Source: Gracilinanus agilis | Taxonomy: Eukaryota | Length of the DNA: 61,198 nucleotides | Assembly: GCF_016433145.1 (NCBI RefSeq) | Contig: NC_058133.1 | Coordinates: 169,785,439-169,846,636 of the forward strand | Direction: 5' to 3' | The notes under the pieces: generated by a model | What the model saw: only the letters and a program-made list of their open reading frames with translations | What the model was told of the DNA's origin: nothing | Databases searched by the model: none | Program-made: the position numbers and the translations under genes | Shown here: positions 25,069 through 35,800 of the stretch, in pieces | How the letters are laid out: each line of letters starts with the position of its first letter | Numbering within the stretch: position 1 is the stretch's first letter

Positions 25069-25545
25069 GAGGGAGAAGCTTTCTATCTTACTTGATGAAT
25101 TCCCATTTTAACTAATTGCTCTTATTAAATAGGTGCTAAGCTCTGTTATCAAAAAAAGGAGTCAGCACTTAGGAGTAAAGTCCTAGCTGTCCCACCTTAG
25201 GTAAAGCTTTGACTGGGGATTCTTATGGGAAGAATTTCTCCTCTTCTCACTATGCCCAGAATGCAGGAATATGAAATTCTATTGGGAGGTAGAAAGGAAC
25301 AGGAGAAGTGAGAGAAAAGTTTTCTATCTTCTTTGATGTGAGTCCATTTTAGTTAATTGTTTTATTAATTAGATGTTGTCACAAGAAATACTTGTCAGTA
25401 CTTTCAAAATTAGGTACAAAATTAGATACTTTGGAGCAAAGCCCTAGCTGTCTCACCTTAGGCACAGCTTTGATCCTGTGTCATAGTGGGAAGAATTCCT
25501 CCTCTTTTCTGGCTGGTTGACTATTCTCAGAATGTAGGAACTGGG
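25069..25545. repeat. Diverged tandem duplication, unit ~240-260 bp, 2 copies
   Basis: Collinear shared blocks TTTCTATCTT, CCATTTTA, CCTAGCTGTC(C/T)CACCTTAGG, AGCTTTGA, GGGAAGAATT, CAGAATG(C/T)AGGAA. Confidence 0.8.
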
Positions 25546-26741
25546 AAGGAAGAAGAAGGAAATATTAAGGAGATTCAGGAGGTAACCTCAGCAAGGCTGT
25601 AAATTGATTGATGATTTAAGAAGCCAACCTCAAAGGTGTGAGAGCAGCAGCAGGTTGGAAGAAGAGGGAGTAATTGGGCTGAGAGAATATTCTGGGATTT
25701 TCTGTGAGATTAGCCACTGAGTCAGAGTGGGACAGACTGAGTGCTAATCTTGGGCCCAGGAACTTGGGGTGGGAACAGAGCCAGTGACCAGAGAATGAAC
25801 CCAAATGCCCACAGAAGCTTAAGAAGCTGTGATATGTTTGAGTAATGGCCTGGGGAGGGTTAGTGGGTGAAAAGCAGAAACTATGAAGGGGCACTCTAAC
25901 TGTGGGAGGGAGAGCTATGACCTAGTGCCTTGCTGTATACCAGGTCCATTGAGCAATGATGGAAAGCCACAACATCAAACTGTGTCCAGTCCAGGGCATG
26001 GGATTCTTGGGTATCTGAGCTCCCCCAGGTTTCAGGTTAGAAAAAGGGTGCCTGGGGGCATTAGGGGCCCTAGGGCACTGGGCTGCTTGCCTGGTCTTTT
26101 GCATGTTGCTTCATACCAAGTTGGTAGGCACTCAATAAATATTTAATGGATTAATGAATGAATGAATGTCAACTCCACATTGTCTTGACTCTCATCATGA
26201 TTTAATAGCTAAGTGGTAGGGTGGGGTTTGGATTCTTAATAAAAATCTCCTGGGCTGACTGACAGAAGCCCTGTTCTACAGAGAAGCAAAACTGTTTTAT
26301 TTTGATGAAGTTAGAGAACAGAGGAAGGGTGTGTTTTTTGTGGGCTGAAGAGTCCAGTAATGTTTGGTGTAGGCACCTATCTGTGTGTGACGGGGAAAGC
26401 TGACTCCTGGAGAGAGAAATTTGTGCTCTTAGGGTAGGAATTGGTAGAGGATAGGAGAGGCCATGAATCCCTGTGTGTATTGTGTGTGTTCTAAACATTG
26501 TAGGGATATTCCTGTTAGAAACATTGTGTGTGTGCTAAATATCATAGGGATATGCCAGTTAGTCTCTGGAACCCAAGATGAGTCATGTGGTTATGCTCTA
26601 TGCCTCAAAGTCAAAAGGGGGTGAACGGTCCAGTTTAGAGGATAATCAGATATCTGGGATATAAAGTAGATGTTTATCAGGAGCAAGCTGGGAGGTGCCT
26701 ATCTGTGCTCATCAAAAACGGGGGTGGGGGTGGAGGTGGTG

Positions 26742-26945
26742 GGGGACAGTTGGGTGGCTCAGTGAATTGAGAACCAGGCCTAGAAATGGGAGGTCCTAGG
26801 TTCATATCTGGCCTCAAACACTTCCTAGCTGTGTGACCCTGGGCAAGTCACTTAACCCTTATTGCCTAGCCCTTACCCCTCTTCTGTCTTGGAACCAATA
26901 CAGAGTATTGATTCTAAGATGGAAGGCAAAGGTTTAAGAAAAAAA
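26742..26945 (+). mobile_element. SINE1_Mdo-type SINE
   Basis: Full head, CORE and tail with A-rich end. Confidence 0.88.
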
Positions 26946-27715
26946 AGAATGAAAGGGAGAGGCCAGAGGGGATCTTCTTTTTAACTCAAAGTTATCTCCC
27001 CTAACACTGCAGGAATGTAAGGAAAAATGAATCTTTTATGTATTCTCTGACCTGGGCCACAATCTGGGGTTTTGGGGTATCTAGGGGAAGCTTGTATTCC
27101 CATATCATTGTCCCCCCGGACCATGGGGCCTTCCAGGCTGCCTAGGTTTGTTTGCACCCACTCTGGCCAAAGCCTACTCTCCTTTGCCATGTTGCACCAG
27201 TTAGGTCCTCTTCCTCCCCACTGGGATGTTCCCTGCTACTGCAGCATCTCTCAAAGGCAAAACCCTGAGGAACCTGGAAGGTGAAGTCTCTCTGTAAGTG
27301 CCAGTGCCCATCATTGCCAAGCTCCTAGACAATCACACCATGTTAACTCTCTTCTCCTGCCTCCCCTCTCCCAGATCTCCAGTTTCTTTTATCTCTTCAT
27401 TCATTTGGTTCACGCATTCTACAAGAATGTAAATGACTTAGCCATGTGCTAAGAACTGGGGATACAGAAAAAGTCAAAAGTAGTCCCTGATCTCTCAGCT
27501 CCTTGAGGGCAGGCAGGGGGCTGTTTTTTTTGTTGTATTTTGTTTTGTCTTTCTTTGTATCCCCAGGGAGCAACTGAGATTTCACCAAGATTTGCTGAAA
27601 TGGGCCAATGTAGGAATTTGTTTCATTTGACTATAAAAACAGTTTTATGAGGAATTTTGTTTTTCTTGCTTTCTCATTTGGGAGATGTGAGAGGGAGAAA
27701 ATATGAATTTGAAGA

Positions 27716-28895
27716 TGTGGGGAGCAGGAACCTATAAAGTAGTGGACTCCTCTTGCAAAGATACAAAATAGAGTCAAGGTAGGAAGAAGTCAGGCCATGC
27801 CACCAAGTGTTGATCCTAAGTCCCATTTCCTCAAAACCCTATCAGCTCAAGCTGAGGAGACCTAAACTGATAAGCTATCCCCATAAAAGGCTATAGGAAA
27901 TGCAGATTGTAAGAGGGAAAATTAGGTATTTATAGATATATATATTAAAATGTGTGGCCGCCAGGAATCAACAATTCAGGTTGATTCCATAATTAAATCA
28001 GACCCAAGTCAGCATTGGGTTGAGGCAAGTTTATTTACAATCAGTATAAGAATAAAGAGAAAAGGGAGAGGCTAGTCCAGGCCAAAGGCCTAGACAGAGA
28101 GAGAGAAGGTTAAAAAGCTAAATAAATGAAGCTGTAAGCCACAAGGCCCAGCAGCCAGATAGGCAGAGTTTGGAAGTGGCCCAGCAAGGCCAAGGAAGTC
28201 AGCCTAACTTACCCACGTGACAATATTGAGTGTAAGCAGTCTGTGGTATCAGGAGATGCTTCTTCTTCCAGTTGGAGACGGCAACTGCCCCCACAGGAAG
28301 TTCACTAACTTACTTAAAGAGATAGTATCTTTCATCACTTCCTGTGGTCCACCTCTAATTCAAATGGACAAATGGCAGTTTCTACATTGATTTGGACTGC
28401 CCAAAGGGCAGTCCCTTATTCTTGATTTGTTACTTATTGTCACGTGTGGGTAACTCGTTTCCCCTCCCCACTAAGGGAGGTTAGAGTGACATCATTAGCA
28501 CGCCTAGGTTGAGTAGATTTTTGACTATTAATGGGCTCGAGCTAATTCTATTTACAAGATAGATAGGATTGGAACAGTCCTTGTTTTGATTGGTTAAAAC
28601 TCCTTGAATAATTGGAATAATCGATTTTGTAAATTGCATATTCTGATTAGCTAGCTTTTGAGATAAGATTGTAACTCATGTAAACAGCCAATAGTGAACG
28701 AGGGGAGGGACCATTTTTGCATCAGGGACCAGGATAAAAGGGAGGCTGGCTGCACCCATATTTTGTATTTCTAGATGGCTGCAATATTGTAACATAGGCT
28801 CGTGAGTGCTCATTCTTGAGAGAATGAAATAAAAGAGACTTTATAGTCTGACACTGAGTTTAAGATTATTTTTGAGTAGGCGGTTGTTTCTTTCA
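27716..28895 (+). mobile_element. Outer ERV solo LTR (interrupted by the inner LTR)
   Basis: TGTGGGG...TTTCA termini; CCAAT (~28689), GATAAAAG (~28733), AATAAA (~28828); flanks gaaga / gaagg (imperfect 5-bp TSD). Confidence 0.7.
27908..28556 (-). mobile_element. Inner ERV solo LTR, 649 bp (ERV1-like, 4-bp TSD)
   Basis: TGTAAG...TTTACA termini with perfect TSD agat at 27904-27907 and 28557-28560; homologous to 11461-12119. Confidence 0.88.
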
Positions 28896-28954
28896 GAAGG
28901 TAAGAGAAAGTTTAGCTGGAAAGAAAAGAAAAACAGAATATAATGGATTGTTAA

Positions 28955-29175
28955 AAGAAGCAGCTTGGAGTAGTAAGTAGAGTACTGGGCTCAAATTCAA
29001 GACCTGGGTTTGAATCCTGCCTCCCATACTTACTAGCTCTGTGATAGGCATGTGACAACCTCTCTGAACCAGTTTTCTGGTCTGTAAATTAAGGCTAGTA
29101 ATAGCACCTACCTCATAACATTGTTGTGAGAACCAGAAAAAATTATATATGTAAACTGCTTTGTAAACTTTATCT
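28955..29175 (+). mobile_element. MIR-type SINE
   Basis: GACCTGGGTTTGAATCCTGCCTC..AATAGCACCTACCTCATA..GTTGTGAG..GTAAACTGCTTTGTAAACTT. Confidence 0.75.
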
Positions 29176-29448
29176 GTATGCATATATATATGAGAAGTTT
29201 TAAAAGTTTGTTTGGAAGGTCGAAGTATATTTGGAAGAGACAGGAAAGTGGTAATCCTCAGTGAAGAAGGATCTTTGTAAAATAGGAAGTAAACATTTGC
29301 CTATGAGAAATGAAGAAGAGGTATGTAAGAATCCATCAATAAATCTGGTGGTGTTCAAGACCTTGCCAAGTGTGGGTAATGAGAATGTATAGGAAAGCAG
29401 AGCTGTTACCTTAGTCCCAGGGTGGAATGGGTGCTCTGTGTGGTAGTG

Positions 29449-29760
29449 TGTAATTAGAATGTTACCCTAAAAACTATGATTCACAGCATCCAATGTTCCC
29501 TCTCACCTTACATGCTGACAGAGGAAGGATATAAATTTGGTGTAGCCCCACGCCTCTCTCTCTCTCTCTCTCTCTCTCTGTGATAGCAAGTTGTGAAGGT
29601 GAGGTGAGGAAGAGGCAGGAGAACTTGCTCATGTGATTTTAATTTTGTTAATTAGGTTTTTTACTTCTATTTCCTTTTTATTCCTTCTACTTCAAGGGAT
29701 TATTAATAAACCCTATAAAATATAATTCTTGGAGTGTTGGATAATAGTTTAAATCTTACA
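29449..29760 (+). mobile_element. Short ERV solo LTR, 312 bp (6-bp TSD, ERV2-like)
   Basis: TGTAATT...CTTACA termini; perfect TSD gtagtg at 29443-29448 and 29761-29766; TATAAA 29530-29535, AATAAA 29705-29710, internal (TC)n. Confidence 0.88.
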
Positions 29761-31117
29761 GTAGTGAATTCCTTATTACAGGTTCCAAGTCTGAGATTTC
29801 ATGAATAAATCCAGGGATGGGAGCTGTGCCTGCTTCCTACCACTCTCTCTTTTAGGGAGAACTTAACAGCAAGTCAGAGGACAGTGATGATTATGGTGGC
29901 TCAGGGGGTTGCAAAGGGCATGAAGGGTTGGTGCAAACAATGGATAACCTTGATATCAGGAGTACATTCTTCTTTCACCAAAAAGGAAAAGCATCTAGAG
30001 AAGTGGGAAAGGGAGGCAAACCCCACCCCAAATTGGTAGCTCTCATTTTTCCATCCCACCTTGAGAGGACCACACTTTTTGTTGGTATAGGAGGGCATCT
30101 GGTGCTGGGAGAATATGAGGATAGTATGGAGGATAGTCTTTGGAGGAGACACTGAGAAGTGACAGCAGGAACCTTGAAGGTGCTGGTCTGGGATATTGGG
30201 AAGGGGAGGCTGTTGGTTGTTGGGAGTAGAGTGAGCCTAGAGCCTAAGTATGACTGCTTGGTGTCACTTGGGTACATTGAATGTTAACACTGATTGAGCT
30301 TGGCTCCACACCCTAGTTCACCTCACTGTTACTGAAATTTCCTCATGGGCAAAACTTTCATCCTACCTGGTCTGGATATGAACATAACAGGGAGTACAAA
30401 ACTGTGCCAGCAAGGGGGATTTAGCACCTACTCTGGCTAATCTCTTACTTCATCCTGTGTCCCTTAGCAACTTTTTTCCAGGTGTTCACTCTCAAATTTA
30501 GCCCGTACTTCTCTAGTAACCTATCAGTTCTCCAAACCCTTAATCCCCACCCCACCATTCACACTTCCGGTGAATGCTGGCTCCTTAGTCTAGGGCACTC
30601 TCCTCCATCCTGGAGAATGAGGAGTTCCCTAAAGTATTCTTGGCTTATGATCCTCTTCCTTTTGACCATTCAAATTAGGACTCCATTTAAGGGAATTTAC
30701 AAATTCCCACTTAAATTCTTTTATCTCCAGGAGTTTCCTCCCCTCCTAGCCATTTGCAGCCCTTTTTGCCTCAACACATTTGAAACAATTACATAATTTT
30801 CTCCTGAGGTCACAGGCTAGTAGTGGGACAAACTAGTAGTCAAAGATAAAACATTCCTTAACATGTGCAAATAGGGGTGAGTTTTTTAATGAAAGGAAAT
30901 GACAAAATGCATCAGCTGTGAAAGGTTGATGGATATGCATAAGGGGGAATATAAGAGAACTTCTTGGTGTTGGGAATAACTCATCCAGTAGCTCTCCTCA
31001 ATAGAGCTAAAAAAAAAAAAAAAAAAAAAAGTCAGGGTAAAACTATTAGGAGGAGTTAACACATAACTACCCACAAGCACGCTTTCTTATTCTTTAAAGC
31101 TTTTAGGGTCTGGAACC

Positions 31118-31123
31118 TTTATT
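31118..31123 (-). terminator. CHTOP: CHTOP distal poly(A) signal (AATAAA)
   Basis: TTTATT on +, ~1.5 kb after the stop; GU-rich downstream on -. Confidence 0.55.
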
Positions 31124-32170
31124 ATCCACTTGAAACAGTATGGGCAAAGAAAGTGGAAAAATTAACTAGAGAAATACACATTATGAAGCTATTTCTACCT
31201 CTGTCTTTCTAACTTCATACCAGTTGTTCAACTTCACATTAAATGGCTTATTTTGGATGGTTAATAAACTTGATGGTGAATATCCTACTTTTGGGGTACC
31301 TTTACTTTAGGCTTCAAACCACGGATACATGTTACCAGGGGAGAAAATTGTTCCCATGGTGGAAAGACAGGTTAAAAGTGAGGGATAACAAACATGTAGA
31401 AGAAAACTATTAGGGTCACTGCCCTCTCAGGGTTCATCATCTACCCAGGAAGAAAAGCAAACAGGCAGAACCCCATCACCTGTAATGATTGTGAAGTTTC
31501 AAAGGAACACAGCAAGAAAAAGGTCAAAAGGCCTGGTTGAATTTGAGAACTGTTTCTTCTTTGTTACAATGAACCAGAAATACAAGATTCTATTGAAACT
31601 GGAATAGCTGACAAAGATATGACTGAACTTTAAAACTTCAAGAGAAAGAAAGAGATAAGCAAAGTTAATGTGGGGGATAAAATCCAAAGTTGTTCTAGAC
31701 TGAAAACTGTTTGGTTTTTAACAAAGATAATAGCACTTCTAAGGTGTTCTCAGAACCCACCTGGCAGTTACCCTGCAGTAATTCTCTCACTCCCCTCCCC
31801 TCTTAAGAATCTGCCAAACACTTGCTGCAGGTAAATAGATTGACCAATATTACCCATTTTGTTAATGATACAAGTACAGAAGGAAAGCTTCTGTATCAAG
31901 AAAGATGGCTTATTACTATGGATAACACCCTGATCTATGTGAGGTATGGACTTGCACAATAAAAACCTGATTACCATTGGTAACTTATTATAGGATTGTT
32001 ACCTGGTCCCCAAGGTAACAAACTAGCTCCCTCACCATTGCTGCAGTGTGTCTTCTCCCTCCAGATTTTAAAAAGTTTTCTTTCTTTTTTAAATTAAAAA
32101 AGTTTTCTTTCTTTTTTAAAAAGAGGCCAGTGAGTGTGTAAGATTTAGAACAGAACAATTACTATTTCTT

Positions 32171-32176
32171 TTTATT
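32171..32176 (-). terminator. CHTOP: CHTOP proximal poly(A) signal (AATAAA)
   Basis: TTTATT on +, ~435 nt after the stop. Confidence 0.5.
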
Positions 32177-32609
32177 GCCCTCTCTTTAAAACCTCTAAAC
32201 TGAGGAAGAGCTTCAGTAAGGTTTGTGCTAGACTTTTCTCTAGGGCCTTAGTGTAGTGCCTAAAGACTGAATGGGGACAATATTAACATGTCAGTGCATA
32301 TGTGGGTGATGTGGGGGAGGAGGCAAATTCCAGTTACCAGGCAGTCACATTCAAGTTCAGAGGAGTATAGAAAAAAAATATATAAAACCAATTCAAAAGA
32401 AAAGAAAACAAACAAAACACAAACGTTTCATCCAACACAGTATCAAAAAATAAAGGAACACACAAAATGTATGAACTGGTGGTTGAATAAAGTCCACAAC
32501 CTATTATGATAGATCCTTCCAGCATCTGTCAGGTCTTCTTATTTGTTAGCTCAGGGTCCTTACAGATGTAATGAACTTGAAGAATTGTCTCTAAAAGGAA
32601 GGGTTGGCC

Positions 32610-32812
32610 TCAATCATTGGTCTCAGGGTCTGTCTGAGCCATATATGCATCTAGCTCAGCATCCAGGTGTCCTTTTGTTTTAGACATATACGCATCCAAT
32701 TGGTTGTCAAGCTGCTCCTTGGTCAGTGCAGGTCGGGCAGAACCTCTACCTCGTCCACGACCTCTACCTCGACCACCAAAGCCCCCTCGTCCTCGGCCCA
32801 CCATGCCTCGAC
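32610..32812 (-). CDS. CHTOP: CHTOP exon 6 coding part (RG repeats plus C-terminal UAP56-binding motif)
   Basis: gatcag|GTCGAGGC...AATGATTGA. Confidence 0.96.
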
Positions 32813-35800
32813 CTGATCCAGGGAAAGAAAAAAAGAGTTACAATGAAATGTGTAATGAAGCTTTTAGGTTGCTTACTGTAGTGGATATGCTCTTCATGCC
32901 AATAAAAAAGGACCCTAACAAATAAAAATGAAGAGGCAGAAGTTAAAAAAAAAAAAACAATTCTGTTCAACAAAATGAACACTCTGGGCAGTAGGCAACT
33001 TAGGAAGAGTACACAAATCTTCTGATACAATGAGCACAATGTGTACTGGAATAAAGTTGTTCAAGGTTTGTTTCTTCAGCATGATTTTATCCATTACCTT
33101 ATGGGTGAAGAATTTATTTTTGCTGAATTCCTTTTTTTCATTACTATACCCTCTTCTCCATGATTGATACTTTAATTAAAACTTGAGACCTGTTGACATC
33201 TTATGATCTAGTAGAAAAAATTTAAATCAATAAATCTGAAAAGACATAAAATCTCATAGCCTTGAGATCTTTGCAAATTCACCACTACTGCCTCCAAATA
33301 AACAATCTGAGTTGTATTTCTTTTTCCTTTTTGTACATCTAAACCAGACCATCCTTCAGTGTGGCAAAACATTACGGAATACCTCAAAGGTTGGTGTGAC
33401 CAGAAGCCATTTCTCTACTGTCCTATGTGTAGTTTGACACAGGAACTGTGTGGGGAGATGGGAAAGGAACCAATAAGTAACCCCAGCTGTCAATACATCC
33501 TACTCTACCTACCAGTCATGCTTAAGCCAACAAGCAATTAATCATTTAAAAGCATTCACTAAGAAAGTTCCAATTCACTCAATATAACAGCCACTTCAGT
33601 CTTGTCCCTAGGGAAACTTGGGAATCAGTTCTAAAAAAAAGTTTGGCAATATGCAATTTCATCCTGCAAACCAAATTTAGCCTAGCATTCACTCAAGAAA
33701 CCAGACAGTATACAATGAAAAAACAGATAACCCAAGGCATTAGATTTCATTTTCTAAGAGCTCTGGGTCTTAAATTATAGAAAACCTACACAATGACCTT
33801 AAGACACCACCTTCATCCAACTAAGTTATGCCAACAGTGGTTCATATGTTGGGAATTTTCTCTCTTGGCCTGGAAAATTTAAAGATCTCACCAGGTCTGG
33901 CATTTTTTTGGGGTGGGGGCGGGTCAAAAGGTCATTACTAAAGGTACAATAGGAAGGATGTAGGATATATTTTTTCAAAACTTGGACAAAAGCTAGGAAA
34001 CCAGCAGTAAATAGCAATTCCATCCTTGCATATGTCAAACCATCATACCTGCATACTTTGGCCAAAAAAGGACTTAAGTCTCAGGGTTCCCCAGTGGCCC
34101 AAAGGTTCTTAATATTGATCACCATTCACCACCATCTGCCCAATCTTGTACATACCTGAATTGCACATAGTAGGAGCTCAATAAATATTGGTTGAATTTA
34201 ATAGTTTTTATCTGGGTCAATTAAAATGAGAATCACAAATTATACAATTTAAACTTGCCAACAACCTGAAAAGAAACTGGTAGCAAATCAGGTTGATGGA
34301 AATTATATTCAAATAAAGTGTTTTATATGCCTAACATCAACCTTTGGAAAAACTCTAGGAGAAAACCTCTACACAAAGCTTCTACATTATGAATTTGGAT
34401 AGAAGTTGTTCCCCCCACCCCCCCTTCCCTAAAGCCTCCTTATGACAAAGTGGAGCAGAAGATGTGCTTAAGTTTTTTAGGGAAATGTAGGGGAACCACA
34501 TTTCTGAAGATGGTAGCTGACTAACCTCTACCACCGATTCCTCCACGGCCCATTGCTCCTCGCCCTAGGCCCCCTCTCCCAGGGCCTCCACGACCTCGGA
34601 CACCACCTCTTCTTAATCCCATTCGGGGAGCTACGCCTCGTCCACCTCGGAGCAGGTTTTGACCTTGGAGAGGGGAGACACAATGCACATGCAGGTAAAT
34701 CCAAGATATATAATAAAGTTTAAATCCCAGCCAGGGGAAGGTGGTAAGGTTTAAATGGTAAGGAATAATTTGGACACTTTCCAGGTTGGCCAAGGCAAGT
34801 CTACACTGGGAGGATGGGTGCTTAACTAGAAATTTGCTCTTCATGTGTTAATTTCAACAAGTATATATTGAGCTCCTCCTACCTGCCCCTAATATTCTGG
34901 GGAATTAAAATAGTTGACCATCTTTACCCTCAAGGAGCTTACACAATCTTGTTAGGGACAACTCATATACAAAGAATCTGAAAGCATCTGATAAAATGCA
35001 AAACTGTATTATGTTCATCAATATTGGTTTTAAAAGTTCTTTATACATGATATATCAGAATATCACATAGCACACAAACAAAAGAAGCTGGCCCATCCAA
35101 TGAGAAGTTCTAGCCAACCAGAACTTTATATACCTCACAGGTTTCCTTAAGTAAATATAACCTCTTGCATTAGTGAGTGAGGAGGGTGGCAAGTTATTTT
35201 AAAATGGTATGGGGAAGATATGGATTACTTCTTATGCAGATCAAAGCCATTTACCACTGCGTAAATTATGAGAAAAAAAATGGATTTACTAAAGAACACT
35301 GCATAATATTAAAATCAAGTGACCTGAAAATATAAGTATTGCAGCCAGATTTAAAAATTATATGTCCTGAAGTAACATATGAGATAAAGGGGAAGAGAGA
35401 TATGGTATAATAAAAGTTTTAAGGACTAACCTCGAAGAGACATTCCTCCCCTTAGCAGGGCTCTTGTAGCACGTCCTCCACGAAGTCCTCCTCGTGGCAA
35501 GCCTCTCTGGCCCATGGGCAAACCCCGTCCTCCAACTGCTCCCCTGGCCAAGGGGCCAGTGGGGCGGCCTAACCGTGCCTGGATGTTACTTTTACCTAGA
35601 CGCTGTTTTAAGCTCTTCTGAAAGGAAAGTTTTGTAGAGGTTAAGATCAGGAAAGAATCCAGAGAGGATGGAGATTCACAGAGCACAAAGAGAAGCAAGT
35701 GAGATGCCTTGCACGGAGGGAGAGCCCTACAGTGAGTGCCCTAAGGATTTCCATACAGAAGCTGCTAGTACTTGCCTCAAAAGGAAAAGAAGTTGAGTTT

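Noticed and set aside
26479-26566. Two ~44-bp direct repeats next to an AP-1 site (TGAGTCA ~26580)
   Set aside because: Only two degenerate, TG-rich units; consistent with local slippage.
11461-28556. Possible full provirus between two same-family LTRs
   Set aside because: LTRs are in opposite orientation, one has its own TSD, and no gag/pol/env remnant was recognised between them.
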